Shown here: one piece after another, positions 35,669 to 38,156 of the stretch
Layout: every line of letters starts with the position of its first letter
Numbering within the stretch: the first letter of the stretch is position 1
Source of the DNA: an uncultured Leptospiraceae bacterium
GTDB taxonomy: Bacteria; Spirochaetota; Leptospiria; Leptospirales; Leptospiraceae
Reading direction: 5' to 3'
Length of the DNA stretch: 38,156 bases
NCBI GenBank assembly: GCA_937924465.1
Contig: CALDSP010000125.1
Location: 1 to 38,156, forward strand
Program-made: the position numbers and the translations under genes
Notes under the pieces: model-generated
Databases searched by the model: none
Told to the model about the DNA's origin: nothing
The model's input: only the letters and a program-made list of their open reading frames with translations

Positions 35669-36428
35669 AGAGAATACCGTCTACTTAGTTGGTGGAGGTT
35701 CTGGAAATATTAAACACTTGACATTAGAGAGTTATTCTATTCTCTCTCAGGCTGAAATTATTTTACATGATAAATTTATGGATGAAATGCAATCCTATTT
35801 TCCAAATGCGAATTGGATCAATGTAGGAAAAAGTAAGGGGGCTCATATAAAGAAACAATCGGAAATAAATGCCCTTTTAATGCAGTACGCTCTAGAGAAA
35901 AAAAAAGTAGTAAGATTAAAAGCAGGAGATCCATGTATCTTTGCAAGGAGCTCTGAAGAAATTGCTACATTAAAACAAATTGGGGTAACTGTAAAAATTA
36001 TTTCTGGAATTTCAAGTCCTCAACTTCTAGTAAGTGAACTAGGAGAGTCAATGACGCATAGGTTGTTTACGAGAAGTATTTCTTTTTGGAGTGGTTATTG
36101 GGATACAAATCTAAAACCTTGTGAAATTCAAAATACAGATGCCCATTTTATTTTTATGGGAATGGGTGAGATTTTATATATTGTTGACAAAATGCTTGAA
36201 CATGGACGAGAGCCTCAAACTAGTTTGATTGCGGCAAGCAATTTAGGAAGGAATAATCAAAAAATTATTTTTACAACACTAGAAAAAGCGAAAGAAGATT
36301 TAACAAGTTTTCCTTTAGAATCTCCAACTCTTTTTGCTATTGGCTTAAATCATTTGAATTACAATTTAGATTTAGATGAGACTTTTTTTCAAAATGAATC
36401 ATTTCAAGTTTTGCGAATTGAACAATAA
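35649..36428 (+). CDS. cobA: uroporphyrinogen-III C-methyltransferase (SUMT)
   Basis: VYLVGGGSGNIKHLTLESYSILSQAEIILHD and LKAGDPCIFARSSEE are tetrapyrrole methylase signatures. Confidence 0.85.
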   Translation: MLYTPFEENTVYLVGGGSGNIKHLTLESYSILSQAEIILHDKFMDEMQSYFPNANWINVGKSKGAHIKKQSEINALLMQYALEKKKVVRLKAGDPCIFARSSEEIATLKQIGVTVKIISGISSPQLLVSELGESMTHRLFTRSISFWSGYWDTNLKPCEIQNTDAHFIFMGMGEILYIVDKMLEHGREPQTSLIAASNLGRNNQKIIFTTLEKAKEDLTSFPLESPTLFAIGLNHLNYNLDLDETFFQNESFQVLRIEQ

Positions 36429-36473
36429 ATTTTACTAGACATTTGAGTATTTTTCATACCACATTATACGTGA

Positions 36474-37493
36474 ATGCAAATGCAATTTTCTATGTTTGTT
36501 GGGAATATTCCTGTTTATAAAAAAATATCTCTTTCTCCTATGGCTGGGATTTCAGATAGTCCTTACAGAAAACTTTGTAGAGAAATGGGGGCTGCCTTTT
36601 CTTATACAGAATTTGTAAGTACGGATGAACTTTCTCATTATTCCTCACGTGCTATTTCTTTGCTGAAATTTGAGGAAATAGAACGCCCTATTTGGTTTCA
36701 AATTTTTGGAAATAATTTAGAAACAATTGTAAAATCTGCTTTAATTATTCAAGACTTAGCACCTGACGTAATCGATCTCAATATGGGTTGCTCTACTTCT
36801 AAAGTATCTCAAAGAGGAAGCGGAGCTGGACTGCTAAAAAATCCAATTTATGTTGGAAAAATTATTCAATCTATGGTCAAGAGTCTAAATGTTCCTGTTA
36901 CTGCCAAAATAAGAATTGGTTGGGATGAAGCAAGTATGAACTACAAAGATGTTGTTCACGTATTACAAGAATCGGGTATTAGTATGATTTCAGTCCATGG
37001 GAGAACTAAGAGCATGGGTTATACTGGAAAGGCTCGTTGGGATATAATTCAAGAAATTAAATCTTTTGCTAAAGTTCCAATTTGGGGAAATGGAGACATT
37101 CAAACGTACAAAGAGGCAATATTTCGTTTAAACTCTTCTGGTGTGGATGGAGTTTTAATTGGGCGGGCAGCTATAGGAAATCCTTGGATTTTTTCTGGAA
37201 TAAACAAACAAACACTCATATATGCAGAAATTAGAAATGTAATTTTAAAACATTTGCGTTATATGCTTGAATTTTATGGAGAGTCTCAAGGAGTGATTTT
37301 ATTTAGAAAACATTTGGCAAAATATTTAAATCATTATGAGGGAATAGAAACAGAAAAAACTAAATTATTAACAACTCAAACTTTAAAAGATTTGTATATG
37401 CTTTTGTATGATTTAGAAGATAAAATCCAAAAATTAAACTCTTTATCAAGATCTTGCTCTTTGAAACTAAAAGATTCAATTCTTGAGGTATAG
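36474..37493 (+). CDS. tRNA-dihydrouridine synthase
   Basis: Dus-family motifs seen are LSPMAGISDSPYRKLCREMGA, IDLNMGCS, VHGRT and GNGDI. Confidence 0.85.
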   Translation: MQMQFSMFVGNIPVYKKISLSPMAGISDSPYRKLCREMGAAFSYTEFVSTDELSHYSSRAISLLKFEEIERPIWFQIFGNNLETIVKSALIIQDLAPDVIDLNMGCSTSKVSQRGSGAGLLKNPIYVGKIIQSMVKSLNVPVTAKIRIGWDEASMNYKDVVHVLQESGISMISVHGRTKSMGYTGKARWDIIQEIKSFAKVPIWGNGDIQTYKEAIFRLNSSGVDGVLIGRAAIGNPWIFSGINKQTLIYAEIRNVILKHLRYMLEFYGESQGVILFRKHLAKYLNHYEGIETEKTKLLTTQTLKDLYMLLYDLEDKIQKLNSLSRSCSLKLKDSILEV

Positions 37494-37641
37494 AATAAAC
37501 TTATTTGTTTGTAAAGTTTAAATTATAGAAACGTATTTGGATTGGAATGAAAACTAAAATCTTATTTGTGAAATTAGCCTTATGTGCATGTAGAATTTTT
37601 TATTATTCTAGCTTTGTTATGTTTGAATTTTGTTGTTATGT

Positions 37642-38067
37642 TTAGGCTGGTGGGTCATAAAAAGTAATCCAGCGTTCTAGGATACTTCTTCCTTTACGTA
37701 AAACTTTTCGTAACTGGGGGACTCTTGCGTAGTAGACTGTAGTAACAACAACACTGAAGATTCGAAAGGATCTTTCATTTACAATTGATTCATTCTCTTT
37801 CTCAATCTCTAGAAGTCTCACAAACATCAAAGTTGCAGAGATCCCTAAAGCATCCCCCCACATTTTAAGTTCTAACCAGTCCCGATTCTCTGGACGAAAT
37901 TTACACGTAACGTAACTCTGTCCTCTCTTTTGGTATTGAGTTTTTGGGTTTTCTGATGGCTCAAAGTAATCAGAGTACAAAAGAAATCGATAACGTTTAA
38001 GTAATATACTCAAATATTTTTCTAACCCTTTGCACCTTTTAATTTCCCTTTGCATGGTCGCATTCAA
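37642..38067 (-). CDS. probable DUF1564-family protein (Leptospira-restricted paralogous family)
   Basis: 141 aa. KTQYQKRGQSYVTCKFRPENRDWLELKMWGDALGISATLMFVRLLEIE matches my recollection of the DUF1564 core pattern (T.YQ ... W..L...A...G.S...LF..LL..E). This is recognition from memory only. Confidence 0.45.
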   Translation of the reverse strand: MNATMQREIKRCKGLEKYLSILLKRYRFLLYSDYFEPSENPKTQYQKRGQSYVTCKFRPENRDWLELKMWGDALGISATLMFVRLLEIEKENESIVNERSFRIFSVVVTTVYYARVPQLRKVLRKGRSILERWITFYDPPA

Positions 38068-38156
38068 CTGAAAAGGAATTCTAAGTGTGGAGACGGTTCT
38101 CCGTTTTGATTGAATTTTTAGAGTTTGCTTTTGTTCGTTTAAAATAAATCCGTACT

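Noticed and set aside
37547-37645. 32-codon ORF MKTKILFVKLALCACRIFYYSSFVMFEFCCYV (hydrophobic, Cys-rich, lipobox-like LALC) in the dus/DUF1564 spacer.
   Set aside because: It is very short, has a weak RBS, overlaps the DUF1564 stop, and has a composition expected from AT-rich noncoding DNA. It is not supportable without conservation or expression data.
1-38156. Searched by eye for CRISPR-like spaced repeats, long direct or inverted terminal repeats, transposase/integrase/recombinase or phage-like ORFs, toxin-antitoxin pairs and defence-type ATPase/nuclease genes.
   Set aside because: None found. Every ORF over 100 aa is a recognisable housekeeping, transport or flagellar gene or a small hypothetical embedded in an operon. 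I will not claim a novel system without sequence support.
38068-38156. Small hairpin GGAGA-CGGT-TCTCC followed by GTTTTG (plus strand) upstream of the DUF1564-like gene.
   Set aside because: The stem is only 5 bp and no plus-strand gene ends there, so it is too weak to call a terminator or operator.

Overview
AT-rich chromosomal segment from a spirochaete, most likely Leptospira-like. This rests on a spirochaetal FlaB core flagellin, a large FliD and a probable DUF1564-family gene. I count about 40 tightly packed protein genes, many with 4-nt ATGA stop/start overlaps, and recognise no rRNA, tRNA, CRISPR array, transposase, integrase or phage genes.

Gene content in order:
- a partial 7TMR-DISM sensor, then ppk1
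- a flagellar locus: fliD, a 317-aa unknown and an aminotransferase, convergent with flaB
- a Spy/CpxP-like lipoprotein, ECF sigma and mini anti-sigma module
- a 14-gene same-strand housekeeping run: lolA-like, rodZ-like, rimO, pgsA, trpD, yajC, unknown, secD, secF, ribD, frameshifted DMT gene, proC, CBS protein
- a lipoprotein plus PHB-depolymerase-family esterase pair
- a decayed membrane/GAF sensor pseudogene
- a hydrolase, NeuB-family, quinone-oxidoreductase and Fur-family operon
- a complete sulfate uptake and activation operon (sbp-cysTWA-cysH-cysDN) ending in siroheme genes
- a tRNA-dihydrouridine synthase and a DUF1564-like gene

I see no convincing novel multi-gene system such as a defence island or mobile element; this reads as mostly core genome. 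The items most worth follow-up:
- the flaB leader, which has two CsrA-consensus sites, one presented in a hairpin loop
- the uncharacterised fliD-coupled 317-aa protein with an internal repeat
- two decayed genes (DMT frameshift, multi-lesion sensor remnant)
- a Fur-family regulator translationally coupled behind an orphan NeuB-like enzyme and a quinone reductase
- an H-box lacking its histidine in the edge sensor

All functional calls come from motif recognition by eye. No database search was run.
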